Source: Gemmatimonadaceae bacterium (GTDB lineage: Bacteria > Gemmatimonadota > Gemmatimonadetes > Gemmatimonadales > Gemmatimonadaceae). From it: 64,000 nucleotides of DNA. Each line of letters starts with the position of its first letter. The stretch's first letter is position 1. The notes beneath the pieces were generated by a model. That model was given only the letters and a program-made list of their open reading frames with translations. It was not told where the DNA came from and searched no databases. The stretch is taken from contig DATMNB010000195.1 of assembly GCA_035569435.1 (NCBI GenBank), positions 4,894 through 68,893 of the forward strand. Reading direction: 5' to 3'. The translations under genes and the position numbers were made by a program. Below, one piece after another: positions 18,003 to 27,796 of the stretch.

Positions 18003-19927
18003 CGCAGCTCGCGATGAGCGGCGTCGGCGTGTCGTTTGGCGCGACGCGGCTGCTCGATGATGTCACGTTCACCGTCGGCGCCGGCGACAAGTGGGGCGTC
18101 GTCGGGCGGAATGGGTCTGGGAAGACCACGCTGTTCCGGCTCATCACCGGCGTCATGGAGCCGACACGCGGCCAGGTCACGCGCGTGGGCGGCTTACGGA
18201 TCTCGCTGCTCGAGCAGCACCGCGATTTTGGCGGCGCGACGACGGTGTGGGAGGCGGCCGCGGGGTCGTTTGCCGAGCTGTTGGAGCTGGAGCAGTCGCT
18301 GGCGGACCAGGCGGCCGCGCTGGCGACGCACTCCGACGATGCGGCGCTCGCGCGCTACGGGCACGATCTCGAACGGTTCGAGCATGAAGGCGGCTATCAG
18401 ATTGCCTCACGCGTCGACGCCGTGCTGCACGGGCTGGGGTTCGATCCCGCCGAGGCGCGGACGCGGCCGCTCGAGGCGCTGAGCGGCGGCGAGCGCGGGC
18501 GGCTCGGGTTGGCGCGGCAGCTCGTGACGCCGGCGGATGTGCTGCTCCTCGACGAGCCGACCAACCATCTCGATCTGGAGACGTCGCGCTGGTTGGAGCA
18601 GTACCTCGCCGAGACCGACGAGACTGTGATTCTAGTGAGCCACGACCGCGCCTTCCTGGCGGCGGTCGTCGATCACGTGCTGCACGTCGAGGGCGGGACG
18701 GCGACGGCGTACACGGGGGGCTACGAGGCGTTTGTCATGCAACGGGCCGAGCGGCGCCTCTCGCTGCAGCGGTCGGTCGACAAGCAGCGGAAGGTGATCG
18801 CCAACGAGGAAGACTACATTCGGCGCAACATTGCCGGGCAGAACACCAAACAGGCTAAGGGGCGGCGCAAGAAGTTGGAGCGGCTCCCGCGACTGAGTGC
18901 GCCGCCCGGCGAGGATGGGGCGATGGCGCTGCGGCTCGACGTCGCCGAGCGGGGCGGGGACCAGGTCGTGTCAGCCGAAAAGGTGCGGATCACCGTCGAC
19001 GACCGGGTGCTCGTCGATGACGTGACCGCGTGGGTCACGCGCGGGGATCGGGTCGGGATCATCGGGCCCAACGGGGCCGGGAAGTCGACGTTTCTGCGCG
19101 CGCTCGTCGGTGAACACCCGGTCGACGCGGGGGTGCTGCGGATCGGCGGGTCGATCCGGGTCGCGCACTACCGACAGGACATGGGGCAGGTGCCGCTCGA
19201 TCGCACCCTCTACGAGGTGATCAACGATTTGCGGCCCCTCTGGACACGGGGGCAGATCCAGTCGCATCTGGGGCGATTTGGGTTTTCCGGTGACGAGGCG
19301 CAGCGGCGGGCCGATTCCCTCTCGGGTGGCGAGCGGGCGCGCGTGGCGTTGGCGATCATGATGCTCGAGGGGGCGAACCTGCTCATCCTCGATGAGCCGA
19401 CGAATCACCTCGACGTGGAGTCGATCGAGGCGTTGGAGGATGCCGTCGAGCGGTATCCGGGGACGGTCTTGCTCGTGAGCCACGACCGGGCGTTGTTGCG
19501 GGCGTTGGCGACGCGGGTGTGGGTGCTCGACGCGCAGCGGATCGGGGTGTTTGACGGGACGTTTGCCGAGTGGGAGGAGTACGGCGAGGATCGCGCGCGT
19601 GCGGCGGCCGCCGCGGCCGCCGAGGCGGCGCAGGCCGCGGCTCGCCGCAAAGTGCAGGCGAAGCCCGCTCCTGCCCCCGCCGCCGTGCGGACAAACGGCG
19701 AGCGCGCCACGCGGGCCGCGCGGCGGGCGGCCGAGGTGGCGGAAGCACGGGTGGCGGATGCCGAGGCCGTGGTCAATCGGTTGACGGCCGAGGCGGCGGA
19801 TCCGGAGCTGTACGCGACGCCGGAAGGGGCCGCGCGCGGGGCACGGATCGGCGCCGATCTCGACCGGGCGCGCCAGGCGCTCGATGCCGCGCTCGAGGCG
19901 TGGGCGGCGGCCACCGAAATCACGTGA
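17999..19927 (+). CDS. ABC-F family ATPase (Uup/YheS-like, two ABC domains, no TM domain)
   Basis: ATG at 17999 (MTQLAMSGVGVSFG...). Two Walker A motifs (GRNGSGKTT, GPNGAGKST), two signatures (LSGGERGRL, LSGGERARV) and two Walker B motifs (LLLDEPTNHLD, LILDEPTNHLD). C-terminal tail is Ala-rich coiled coil. Confidence 0.9.
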   Translation: MTQLAMSGVGVSFGATRLLDDVTFTVGAGDKWGVVGRNGSGKTTLFRLITGVMEPTRGQVTRVGGLRISLLEQHRDFGGATTVWEAAAGSFAELLELEQSLADQAAALATHSDDAALARYGHDLERFEHEGGYQIASRVDAVLHGLGFDPAEARTRPLEALSGGERGRLGLARQLVTPADVLLLDEPTNHLDLETSRWLEQYLAETDETVILVSHDRAFLAAVVDHVLHVEGGTATAYTGGYEAFVMQRAERRLSLQRSVDKQRKVIANEEDYIRRNIAGQNTKQAKGRRKKLERLPRLSAPPGEDGAMALRLDVAERGGDQVVSAEKVRITVDDRVLVDDVTAWVTRGDRVGIIGPNGAGKSTFLRALVGEHPVDAGVLRIGGSIRVAHYRQDMGQVPLDRTLYEVINDLRPLWTRGQIQSHLGRFGFSGDEAQRRADSLSGGERARVALAIMMLEGANLLILDEPTNHLDVESIEALEDAVERYPGTVLLVSHDRALLRALATRVWVLDAQRIGVFDGTFAEWEEYGEDRARAAAAAAAEAAQAAARRKVQAKPAPAPAAVRTNGERATRAARRAAEVAEARVADAEAVVNRLTAEAADPELYATPEGAARGARIGADLDRARQALDAALEAWAAATEIT

Positions 19928-19935
19928 GGCGTCCA

Positions 19936-20328
19936 ATGGCATCACCGCGGTCCATCGTCATGCTGCTCATGCTGTTTATGCTGGTCTTTGCCGCCGCAGC
20001 GCCGGGCGCGGGGGCGCAGGGGATGGACAGCACGCATCACGACACGGCCGCGGCCCGGCGGTTCGTGGAAAAGGGCGATGCGGCCATGGCCGCCCACGCG
20101 CCCGACTCTGCGCGTGCGGCCTATGAAAAGGCCATCCAGTACGACGCCGACGACATCGATGCGATCCTCAAGATGGCCACGATCCTGATCGACGAGGGCC
20201 ACGGCGGCTACGCCCGCGACCTGTTGACGTTCGCCCTGAAACGGCATCCCACCGATCCCCGGCTGCTGCACTACCACTACGTGCGCCGCGGCGCCGACAC
20301 CACGGGCGCGGCGACAGTCGGCCCCTGA
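19936..20328 (+). CDS. small secreted TPR-like protein
   Basis: ATG at 19936 gives MASPRSIVMLLMLFMLVFAAAAPGAGAQG (signal peptide). This is followed by helical repeats (AAYEKAIQYDADDIDAILKMATILIDEGHGGYARDLLTFALKRHP). Confidence 0.55.
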   Translation: MASPRSIVMLLMLFMLVFAAAAPGAGAQGMDSTHHDTAAARRFVEKGDAAMAAHAPDSARAAYEKAIQYDADDIDAILKMATILIDEGHGGYARDLLTFALKRHPTDPRLLHYHYVRRGADTTGAATVGP

Positions 20329-20378
20329 CGGCCTTGTCCCGGCCTTTCGCCGGGCGGCAATTGGCAGCATCATAGCGG

Positions 20379-22397
20379 ATGCTCATACTCGCCGCCTCGC
20401 TCCTCCTGCTCGGCCTTCCCGCCGCATCCGACACCGTCCCGACCGTCCACGGGATCGACCCCGCGAACCTCGATACGACCTGCGCGCCATGCCAGGATTT
20501 CTATCAGTTCGCCACAGGTGGATGGACCAAGACGCATCCGATCCCGGCGGCGTTCCCGAGGTGGGGAAGCTTCGACGAGCTCGCCGAGCGTAACCGCCTG
20601 GTCCTGCGCGAAGTCCTGGACGTGGCCGTGCGTGACACCGCGTCCGCCAAGGCGCCGAGCACGCGCAAGGTCGGCGTCTTCTACGCCAGTTGCATGGATT
20701 CGACGGGCGCCGAGGCCGATGGCCTGCAACCGCTCAAGCCGGAGCTCGATCGGATCGCCGCGATGACGACGCTGACGAGTCTCCGCGCCGAGTCGGCGCG
20801 ACTCCAACGACTGGGGATCCCAGCGCCGTTTGGGTTCGCGATCCAGCCCGATCTCAAGCACAGCCGCCAGGAAGCGCTGTATGTCGCGCAGGGCGGCCTC
20901 GGCCTCCCCGACCGGGACTACTACACCAAGACCGACTCGGCGTCAGCCGGGATCCGGGCGCAGTACGCGGCGCACGTCGGCCGTCTGCTGACACTCGGCG
21001 GCATGGAGCCCGCCGACGCGCGCGCCGCGGCCGATAAGATTCTTGGCCTAGAAACGACGCTGGCGAGAGCGTCGATGACGCGCGTCGAGCGGCGCGATCC
21101 GTACAACACGTATCACAAGATGACGCTGGCCGGCGCCGACTCGGTCACGCCCCATCTCGACTGGCGCGCCTGGATGGATGATGTCGGCGCCGCGCGGCAG
21201 CCCGCGCTCATCGTCAATCAACCCAAGTTCTTTTCGGCGCTCGACTCGCTGCTCGTCGCGGTGCCCGTCGATGCCTGGCGGCTGTATTTCCGGTTTCATC
21301 TGCTGGACACCGCCTCGCCCACGCTCGACTCGGCGTTCGTCAATGAGAACTTCCGCTTTGAGCAGGTGCTCTCCGGCACACCGGCCATGCTCCCGCGCTG
21401 GCAGCGGTGCCTGCGCGCGACCGATGGCGCGATGGGCGAAGCGCTCGGGCAGGCCTATGTCACCCGGACGTTCTCGCCCGCCGCGCGGGCCCGGGCGCGC
21501 GCACTGGTCAAGAATCTGGAAGGGGTCCTGCGCGACGACCTGCGCACGCTTGCGTGGATGACGCCCACCACCCGGCGCCGCGCGATCGCCAAGCTCGATG
21601 CGTTCGCCGAGAAGATCGGCTATCCCGACAAGTGGCGCGACTATACGGCGCTCACCGTGCGGCACGGGCCGTACGTCACCAACTGGCTGGCGGCGCGGGC
21701 ATTCGATGTCGAGCGCCGGATCCGCAAGCTGGGGCGCCCCGTCGACCGGACCGAGTGGACGATGACGCCGCCGACCGTCAACGCGTACTACAACAGCACG
21801 ATGAACGAGATCGTGTTTCCGGCGGGGATCCTCCAGCCGCCGTTCTTCGACCCGCTCGCGGACGACGCGGTCAACTACGGGGGGATCGGCGCGGTCATCG
21901 GCCACGAGATGACGCACGGGTTCGACGACCAGGGGCGGAAGTCAGACGGCGAGGGCAACCTCCGCGACTGGTGGACCACCGAGGACGCGACGCAGTACAC
22001 CGAGCGCGCCGAGCGTGTGGCCACGCAGTTCGACGGCTACGTCGCGGTGGATTCGGTCCACGTCAACGGGAAGCTCACGCTCGGCGAGGATATCGCCGAT
22101 CTGGGCGGGGTCAAGATCGCCTACGCGGCGATGGAGCGCGCGCTGGCCGGGAAGCCACGGACCAAGATCGGGGGCTTTACGCCGGAGCAGCGGTTCTTTC
22201 TCAGCTGGGGGCAGATCTGGCGGCAGAATATCCGGCCGGCGTTTGCGCGGACGTTGGCGCTCACGGATCCGCATGCGCCGAGCCATTGGCGCGTCAATGG
22301 ACCGCTGTCCAACCTGCCGGAGTTCGCCGCCGCGTGGGGGTGCAAGCCGGGCGACCCGATGGTGCGGCCACCCGAGGTGCGGGCCGAGATCTGGTGA
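20379..22397 (+). CDS. M13 family zinc metallopeptidase, second paralog
   Basis: 672 aa. Signal peptide, C.PCQDFYQFATGGW, VIGHEMTHGFDD, GEDIADLGG, and a C-terminal ...AEIW. Colinear with 3614..5686. Confidence 0.9.
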   Translation: MLILAASLLLLGLPAASDTVPTVHGIDPANLDTTCAPCQDFYQFATGGWTKTHPIPAAFPRWGSFDELAERNRLVLREVLDVAVRDTASAKAPSTRKVGVFYASCMDSTGAEADGLQPLKPELDRIAAMTTLTSLRAESARLQRLGIPAPFGFAIQPDLKHSRQEALYVAQGGLGLPDRDYYTKTDSASAGIRAQYAAHVGRLLTLGGMEPADARAAADKILGLETTLARASMTRVERRDPYNTYHKMTLAGADSVTPHLDWRAWMDDVGAARQPALIVNQPKFFSALDSLLVAVPVDAWRLYFRFHLLDTASPTLDSAFVNENFRFEQVLSGTPAMLPRWQRCLRATDGAMGEALGQAYVTRTFSPAARARARALVKNLEGVLRDDLRTLAWMTPTTRRRAIAKLDAFAEKIGYPDKWRDYTALTVRHGPYVTNWLAARAFDVERRIRKLGRPVDRTEWTMTPPTVNAYYNSTMNEIVFPAGILQPPFFDPLADDAVNYGGIGAVIGHEMTHGFDDQGRKSDGEGNLRDWWTTEDATQYTERAERVATQFDGYVAVDSVHVNGKLTLGEDIADLGGVKIAYAAMERALAGKPRTKIGGFTPEQRFFLSWGQIWRQNIRPAFARTLALTDPHAPSHWRVNGPLSNLPEFAAAWGCKPGDPMVRPPEVRAEIW

Positions 22398-22403
22398 GCG
22401 CCG

Positions 22404-23141
22404 CTAGGCGGTGAGCACGAGGACGTCGTACAGCGCGTGCGTCCAGGCGGTGATCCCAAAGCCGCGCAGGAGATAGACGACGCTGAACGCGACGCCGCCC
22501 AGGAGTCGAAACAGAAACGAATCGAGCCTGAGCGGGTCGCCGTAGGGGCCGATGTAGTGGAACGCCGAGAAGATCGTGGCCGAGATGATGACGGCGACCG
22601 TGCCCGCGGTGGCGCGTTTCCAGCCGAGGAGTCGCTCGCCGAGGGCGGCGATGCCTGAGACGAGGATCACGCGGAACAGCAGTTCCTCGTAGATCCCCGC
22701 GCCGAGCGCGAGCATGATGCGTGTGGCGAGGGCGGAGTGGGCGAGCGGACCGCCGCCCACGATCGCCAATCTCAGGTGCAGGATGTTGGCGGTGATTGTG
22801 CCGATGACGGTGCCGAACACGGCCGCCAGCAGGCAGGATTCGGCGAGCATCCCGACGAACACGGCAGGCACGAGGCGGCCGCCGGAGCGGAGATCCCGGG
22901 CCACGAGCCAGATGGCCGGGCCGATGACGGCCACGGCAAAAGCGATCGGCTCGTACCGTCCAAAGACGGCGAAGAAGGCTTCCTGGAGGAGGACGTCGGC
23001 ACCGTTGCGCACGCCGCCCGTCGTGGTGCGGGAGAGTGTGGTCGCCAGCCCCTGGTAGGCGATGAGCAGGGGCATGGCGAAGAGGAGACTGTATCGCGGG
23101 GCGCGCGTATCAGACCAATATGACGATCGTCGGGTAGGCAC
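22404..23141 (-). CDS. CPBP family intramembrane glutamic endopeptidase (CAAX protease/Abi)
   Basis: Motifs EELLFRVIL (EExxxR), FSAFHY (FxxxH) and HALYDV (HxxxD/N), in a polytopic protein. Start is uncertain: GTG 23141 keeps the first TM helix (YSLLFAMPLLIAY); ATG 23075 is the alternative. The track start at 23438 is over-extended. Confidence 0.75.
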   Translation of the reverse strand: MPTRRSSYWSDTRAPRYSLLFAMPLLIAYQGLATTLSRTTTGGVRNGADVLLQEAFFAVFGRYEPIAFAVAVIGPAIWLVARDLRSGGRLVPAVFVGMLAESCLLAAVFGTVIGTITANILHLRLAIVGGGPLAHSALATRIMLALGAGIYEELLFRVILVSGIAALGERLLGWKRATAGTVAVIISATIFSAFHYIGPYGDPLRLDSFLFRLLGGVAFSVVYLLRGFGITAWTHALYDVLVLTA

Positions 23142-23164
23142 GGCAGCAATATAGAATTCGACGC

Positions 23165-25357
23165 GTGTGGACGTTTGTCGTCGCCGCGCAGATGGCAGTA
23201 CAGTTGGCAGCGCAGTCGGCGGTCGCCAGCGCCGACTCCATCTACGCCACGCCCGCACTGCGCGCCGTGGTGGCGCTGGCGGCTGACCACAACCGACGAC
23301 CGCCGCCGACTCTACAGTCGTATCGGGCGCGTATCGAGAGCGAGCTCGCGGCGCTGGTGCGGCGGGCCGACGGAACCGAAGGGACGATCGAGATCGAGCA
23401 GGTCGCCAGCGACGCGCGGTGGCGACGTAGCGGGACATACGAACAGCACATCATCGGGTATCGGGCCCAACTTGCGGCCCTGGCGCCATCACTCGTGGGG
23501 CTCGTGCGCCAGTCGTGGACGGTGCCGGTGTTGTACGGCAACCGATTGAGTTTGCTGTTTGGGGTCGACACCAGCCGGGCGGCACGGAGCCGCGATTCGA
23601 CCATCGTGGTGATGCATCCCTTGGCCGAGGATCGAGAGCGGATCTATCGGTATACGGGGGGAGACACCGTGGCCACGCTGCGCGTGCCCGGCGCCGCGCG
23701 CGCGATTCCTCTGGTGCGGGTGCACGTCGAGCCGAGCGCGCATTTGCGCACGCGGGCGTTGGTGTTTCGTGGGGATCTCTACCTCGACGCCACGACGGAT
23801 CAGCTCGTGCGCATGCGGGGCGTCTTTGCCCTGGTGGACGGTCATCGCGGGCTGCGCGCGGTGGTGCTGCAGTCAGTGTTCGTGATCGATCTGACGAACG
23901 CCGAGATCGACGGGGCGTACTGGCTCCCGGCCGACCAGCGCATCGAGGCGCAGGTCGCCTCGCCGTTCGCTGGTACTGGGCGCATCGTGGTCCGGGTGCG
24001 GTCGCACTATTCGCGCTATGTGGTGAACGATACCGGTGTCGGTCCGATGGTCGGCGACACCTTGATGTGGGGTCCGCATCCCGTGACGTATGCGCCGTCG
24101 GACAGCGTGACGCGCTACGGCGGCTGGACGCTGCCGCTCGGCGCGGCGACCACGGCAGTGCGTGCGGCGGACTACGACGATCTGGCGCCCGACTATTGGC
24201 GTCCGACCGGACGCCCGAGGCTCGACTGGCGGGTCGACCGGTTCTCGGATTTTCTGCGGGTCGATCGTGTGGAGGGGCTGTACACCGGGTACGGCGCGGC
24301 CCTCCGCTTTCGTGACGCGGCGCCGGGGCTCGTGGCGCACGGCAACGTCGGCTACGCGTGGACGGAGCGGACGATGCGGGGCGCGGTCGGTCTCGATTGG
24401 ACGCGGCCCGATGCGTCGCTCGTGGCGGGCGTGCGTGTCGAGCGGGCGCTCGACAACACCAACGATTTTCGCACGTCGTTTGCCGACGGGCCGACGATCG
24501 AGGCGTTGGTGGCGCAGGACGACTATGACTATGTCGACCGGCGGCGGGCGACGGTGTTCGCCGAGCGGGCGTGGGGCGCGTCGCGCGATGTCGTGGCGCG
24601 GGTGGAGGCCGGTGCGGGCGATGACCGTGGTGAGGCGCGGCGGGTGCTCAGGCCGCCGATCTTTCCGTGGGTGTTCGTTGGGGATTCCACGTTTCGGGTG
24701 AACCGCGGGGTGTTGCCGGGCGGATACGGGCGTGTGGCGGTCACGGTGGCGTTGCACCCTGACGTCGACGCGGGCTACGCGACGCCCGGGTTTGGGGTCC
24801 GGCTCCGCGACGAGTGGGCGGGGGGCGATCTGTCGTGGAACCGCGCCGAGGCGCGGATCGTCGAGCGGCAGCCGGTCGGGCCGTTCACGCTCCTCGGCCG
24901 TGGGGATGCCGGGATCGTGACGGGGACGGTGATTCCGCCGCAACAGTTGTTCGAGTTGGGGTTCGACGAAGGGCTCACGTCGTACAACTACAAGCAATTC
25001 GCCGGCGATCGCGCCGCGTTGCTGCAGGGCGAGATTCAGTATGCGCTGCCGATTCGGGCGCTGTCGCGGCCGATACGGTTGCCGGGCGGGTTCTTTCTCC
25101 CGGGTCCGGCGCCGGCGTTGGCCGCTGGGGTGCAGTCCGGGTGGACGGAGGTTGGGACGGCGGCCGCGGCACGGGCAGTGGCGCAGCTCAACGCCCCATC
25201 GGCGCCGACGCATGGGCTGCGGTCATCGATCGATCTGCTGGTGCGGGCGTTTGGCGGCGCCGTCGGCGTGGGAGCGGCCCGAGCGGTGGGTGACGCGGCG
25301 GGCGCGGTGCATGGGCGGAACTGGACGGCGTTCGTCGCCCTGGGCGCCGCGTTCTAA
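23165..25357 (+). CDS. large hypothetical protein, possibly an outer-membrane beta-barrel
   Basis: 730 aa. The C-terminal half is rich in alternating beta-strand-like segments with Gly/aromatic residues (GLYTGYGAALRF, GNVGYAWTE, GRVAVTVALH). It ends ...FVALGAAF, an aromatic C-terminal residue as in OMP beta-signals. The N-terminus lacks a clear signal peptide, so the start (GTG 23165 or ATG 23192) is uncertain. Confidence 0.35.
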   Translation: MWTFVVAAQMAVQLAAQSAVASADSIYATPALRAVVALAADHNRRPPPTLQSYRARIESELAALVRRADGTEGTIEIEQVASDARWRRSGTYEQHIIGYRAQLAALAPSLVGLVRQSWTVPVLYGNRLSLLFGVDTSRAARSRDSTIVVMHPLAEDRERIYRYTGGDTVATLRVPGAARAIPLVRVHVEPSAHLRTRALVFRGDLYLDATTDQLVRMRGVFALVDGHRGLRAVVLQSVFVIDLTNAEIDGAYWLPADQRIEAQVASPFAGTGRIVVRVRSHYSRYVVNDTGVGPMVGDTLMWGPHPVTYAPSDSVTRYGGWTLPLGAATTAVRAADYDDLAPDYWRPTGRPRLDWRVDRFSDFLRVDRVEGLYTGYGAALRFRDAAPGLVAHGNVGYAWTERTMRGAVGLDWTRPDASLVAGVRVERALDNTNDFRTSFADGPTIEALVAQDDYDYVDRRRATVFAERAWGASRDVVARVEAGAGDDRGEARRVLRPPIFPWVFVGDSTFRVNRGVLPGGYGRVAVTVALHPDVDAGYATPGFGVRLRDEWAGGDLSWNRAEARIVERQPVGPFTLLGRGDAGIVTGTVIPPQQLFELGFDEGLTSYNYKQFAGDRAALLQGEIQYALPIRALSRPIRLPGGFFLPGPAPALAAGVQSGWTEVGTAAAARAVAQLNAPSAPTHGLRSSIDLLVRAFGGAVGVGAARAVGDAAGAVHGRNWTAFVALGAAF

Positions 25358-26295
25358 AACTCGCCTACAAAACCGATCTCGGGTTCCAAATGTTGGTCGA
25401 ACTTCTCGGCCACTGCCTCCTGGGCGATGGCGATGAGCTCGCGGACATCGCGGGCCGTAGCGTGGCCCAGGTTAACCATGATGTTGGCGTGGATGTACGA
25501 GATCTGGGCGTCGCCGTGGCGGAAGCCTTTGAGGCCGCAGGCATCGATCAGGCGACCGGCGCCGACGCCCTCGATCTTCTTGAAGATCGAGCCGGCGCTC
25601 GGGTGGAACTCGAGCCACGGGTGCCGGGAGCCGCGCCAGCTCAGGTTCTCTTGCAGGATGCGTTGCATCGTTGCCTGCTCGCCGGGCTCGAGCTGGAAGG
25701 TGACGGCGAGCACTGTGTCGTGTGTCTCGTGCAGGATGCTCGTGTCGTAGCCGAATCGCATCCCCGCGCGATCGATCGATACGCGCTCGCCCGTGGCGCG
25801 TGTGACCAGGTCGCACGACGTGACGATCTCCTCAATGAACATCGTGCGGTCGCGTGCTGGTGCCGGTGAGAGAAAGTGCAGATTCTGCCACACGGCGCCG
25901 CCAACGGTGCTTGGGATCCCGATGTAGTGTTCCAACCCGGACCATCCCCGCCGAACGGCCTCGGGAATGAGGTCGCCAACGCGCGCGCCGCTCTCGACCC
26001 ACAGCGCGCCGTTGTCGCCAAAGCGGTGCGCGGCGGCGAGATTTCGGATCACGAGGCCGCGGAACCCGCGGTCGCCCACGAGGATGTTGGCGCCGAGGCC
26101 GAGGACGAAATACGGGATCCCGAGCTCGCGCGCGGCGGCCACCGCATTTGCGAGATCGTCAGACGAGGTAGCATCGTACAGGAGATCGGCTGGCCCGCCG
26201 ATACGAAAGGTCGTAAATGGGGCCAGCAACGCATTGCGCGTGAGCCGCGTAGGGTCCAGCGTGGCGTCGAGGGCGTTCAACCGAGATAGTGTCAT
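25354..26295 (-). CDS. murB: UDP-N-acetylenolpyruvoylglucosamine reductase
   Basis: ATG at 26295 (MTLSRLNALD...). APFTTFRIGGPADLL, FVLGLGANILV.D.GFRG and SAGSIFK motifs. 313 aa, a typical MurB length. The track ORF is over-extended by 101 codons. Confidence 0.9.
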   Translation of the reverse strand: MTLSRLNALDATLDPTRLTRNALLAPFTTFRIGGPADLLYDATSSDDLANAVAAARELGIPYFVLGLGANILVGDRGFRGLVIRNLAAAHRFGDNGALWVESGARVGDLIPEAVRRGWSGLEHYIGIPSTVGGAVWQNLHFLSPAPARDRTMFIEEIVTSCDLVTRATGERVSIDRAGMRFGYDTSILHETHDTVLAVTFQLEPGEQATMQRILQENLSWRGSRHPWLEFHPSAGSIFKKIEGVGAGRLIDACGLKGFRHGDAQISYIHANIMVNLGHATARDVRELIAIAQEAVAEKFDQHLEPEIGFVGEF

Positions 26296-26359
26296 AATGC
26301 CAACAGCAAAATGCCGGGTCGAGGCGCGCGTCGCCACCTCACGCGCTGGCGCGCGTGAG

Positions 26360-27796
26360 GTGCTTGTCGGTTTGAAGGGTGCGCCCAAGGGGCGCACCCC
26401 GAGCGCGAGCAACCTGCTCGGCGCGATGATAGTTGCGTTCCTGGTGCTTGTCGCGCAGCCCGCGCAGGCGCAGCGGGCGGAGCTCGAGAAGTCGATCCAA
26501 CGTCGCGTCCTCGACAACGGCCTCGAGGTGATCGTCGTCGAGAACCACGGCGTCCCCCTGGCGACCGTGGAGATCGACGTCAAGAACGGCTCGTACACCC
26601 AGACCCCGCCCTACGCCGGCCTGGCGCACATGTACGAGCACATGTTCTTCCGCGCCAACCAGCAGTACCCCGCCCCGGGCGCCTTCGTCGACCGGGCGTC
26701 GGAGCTCGGCGCCGTGTTCAACGGCACGACCTCCGAGGAGCGGGTCGACTACTACGTCACCCTCCCCGCCGACAGCATCGCCGGCGGGATGCGATTCCTG
26801 GCCGCAGCCCTCCGCCACCCGCTCTTTCTCCCCGGCGAGCTGGCGCGCGAGAAAGAAGTCGTCCTCGGCGAGTACGACCGCCAGGAAGCGAGCCCCTACT
26901 TTGTCCTCGACCAGGCGATGGGCCAGAAGCTCTGGCCCGGCAACTTCAGCCGGAAAAACGTGATCGGCGACCGCACGGTCGTCCGCAACGTGACGCCCGA
27001 CCAGATGCGCGAGATCCAACGCCGCTACTACATCCCCAACAACTCGTTGCTCCTCGTCACGGGCGACGTCGACCCGCAGGAAGTGTTCTCGCTCGCGCGC
27101 ACGATCTACAGCGACTGGCCCCGCGGGCCCGACCCGTTTGTGGCGGACCCGATCCCGCCCATGCCGCCACTCAGCGGCAACCAGGCCGTGATCGCCGAGA
27201 CGCCCGTTAGCGCCGTGACAATCGAGATGCAGTGGCAAGGCCCGAGCGTGCGCGCTGATGCCGTGTCGACCTACTCGGCCGACGTATTCTCGGATGTGCT
27301 CAACCAGCCCGGATCGGGATTTCAGCAGCGGTTGGTCGACAGCGGGCTCTTTCAGGGCGTTGTCGTCAACTACTACACGCTGGATCACGTGGGTCCGATC
27401 ACGATCAGCGGCCAGACGTCGCCCGACAAACTGGCCCGGGCGATGGCGGCGCTCGATCAGGAGATCTCGCATTTCGCCGATCCGGGGTACATCACGCCGG
27501 AGCAGCTGGCGCAGGTGAAGGCGCAGCGGGCCGTGTCGACGGCGTTCACAACCGAGCGGACGACCGGGTACACGCACATCATCGGGTTCTGGTGGGCCGT
27601 GGCGAGTCTCGATTATTTCATGGGGTACGTCGACAACATGGCGACGCGCACGACCACCGATCTGGCGGCGTATGCGCGCCGATACATCGTGGGCAAGCCG
27701 CACGTGACCGGTGTGCTGCTGTCCCCGGCCGATCGCCAGGCGCTCAATCTCACGGAATCCGCCTTGATCGGCGGGAGCACGAGGGCCAGCCAATGA
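26360..27796 (+). CDS. M16 (pitrilysin/insulinase) family zinc peptidase, active-site subunit
   Basis: Inverted zinc motif HMYEH (HxxEH) in GLAHMYEHMFFRA. Signal peptide if started at GTG 26360 (VLVGLKGAPKGRTPSASNLLGAMIVAFLVLVAQPAQA). ATG 26426 is the alternative start. Confidence 0.85.
   Translation: MLVGLKGAPKGRTPSASNLLGAMIVAFLVLVAQPAQAQRAELEKSIQRRVLDNGLEVIVVENHGVPLATVEIDVKNGSYTQTPPYAGLAHMYEHMFFRANQQYPAPGAFVDRASELGAVFNGTTSEERVDYYVTLPADSIAGGMRFLAAALRHPLFLPGELAREKEVVLGEYDRQEASPYFVLDQAMGQKLWPGNFSRKNVIGDRTVVRNVTPDQMREIQRRYYIPNNSLLLVTGDVDPQEVFSLARTIYSDWPRGPDPFVADPIPPMPPLSGNQAVIAETPVSAVTIEMQWQGPSVRADAVSTYSADVFSDVLNQPGSGFQQRLVDSGLFQGVVVNYYTLDHVGPITISGQTSPDKLARAMAALDQEISHFADPGYITPEQLAQVKAQRAVSTAFTTERTTGYTHIIGFWWAVASLDYFMGYVDNMATRTTTDLAAYARRYIVGKPHVTGVLLSPADRQALNLTESALIGGSTRASQ

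Noticed and set aside
23873-25213. 446-aa minus-strand ORF. Comparable ORFs are 26339..27823, 27613..29049 and 58220..59716.
   Set aside because: These are shadow ORFs opposite well-supported genes (the 730-aa protein, the M16 pair, ispG). Their low-complexity Arg/Pro/Gly/Asp composition argues against real proteins.
26378-26398. Perfect hairpin GGTGCGCCC-AAG-GGGCGCACC between murB and the M16 gene.
   Set aside because: It falls inside the most likely M16 coding region (signal-peptide n-region KGAPKGRTP) if GTG 26360 is the start. It has no U-tract. A single 9-bp GC palindrome is not unexpected by chance in 64 kb of very GC-rich DNA.
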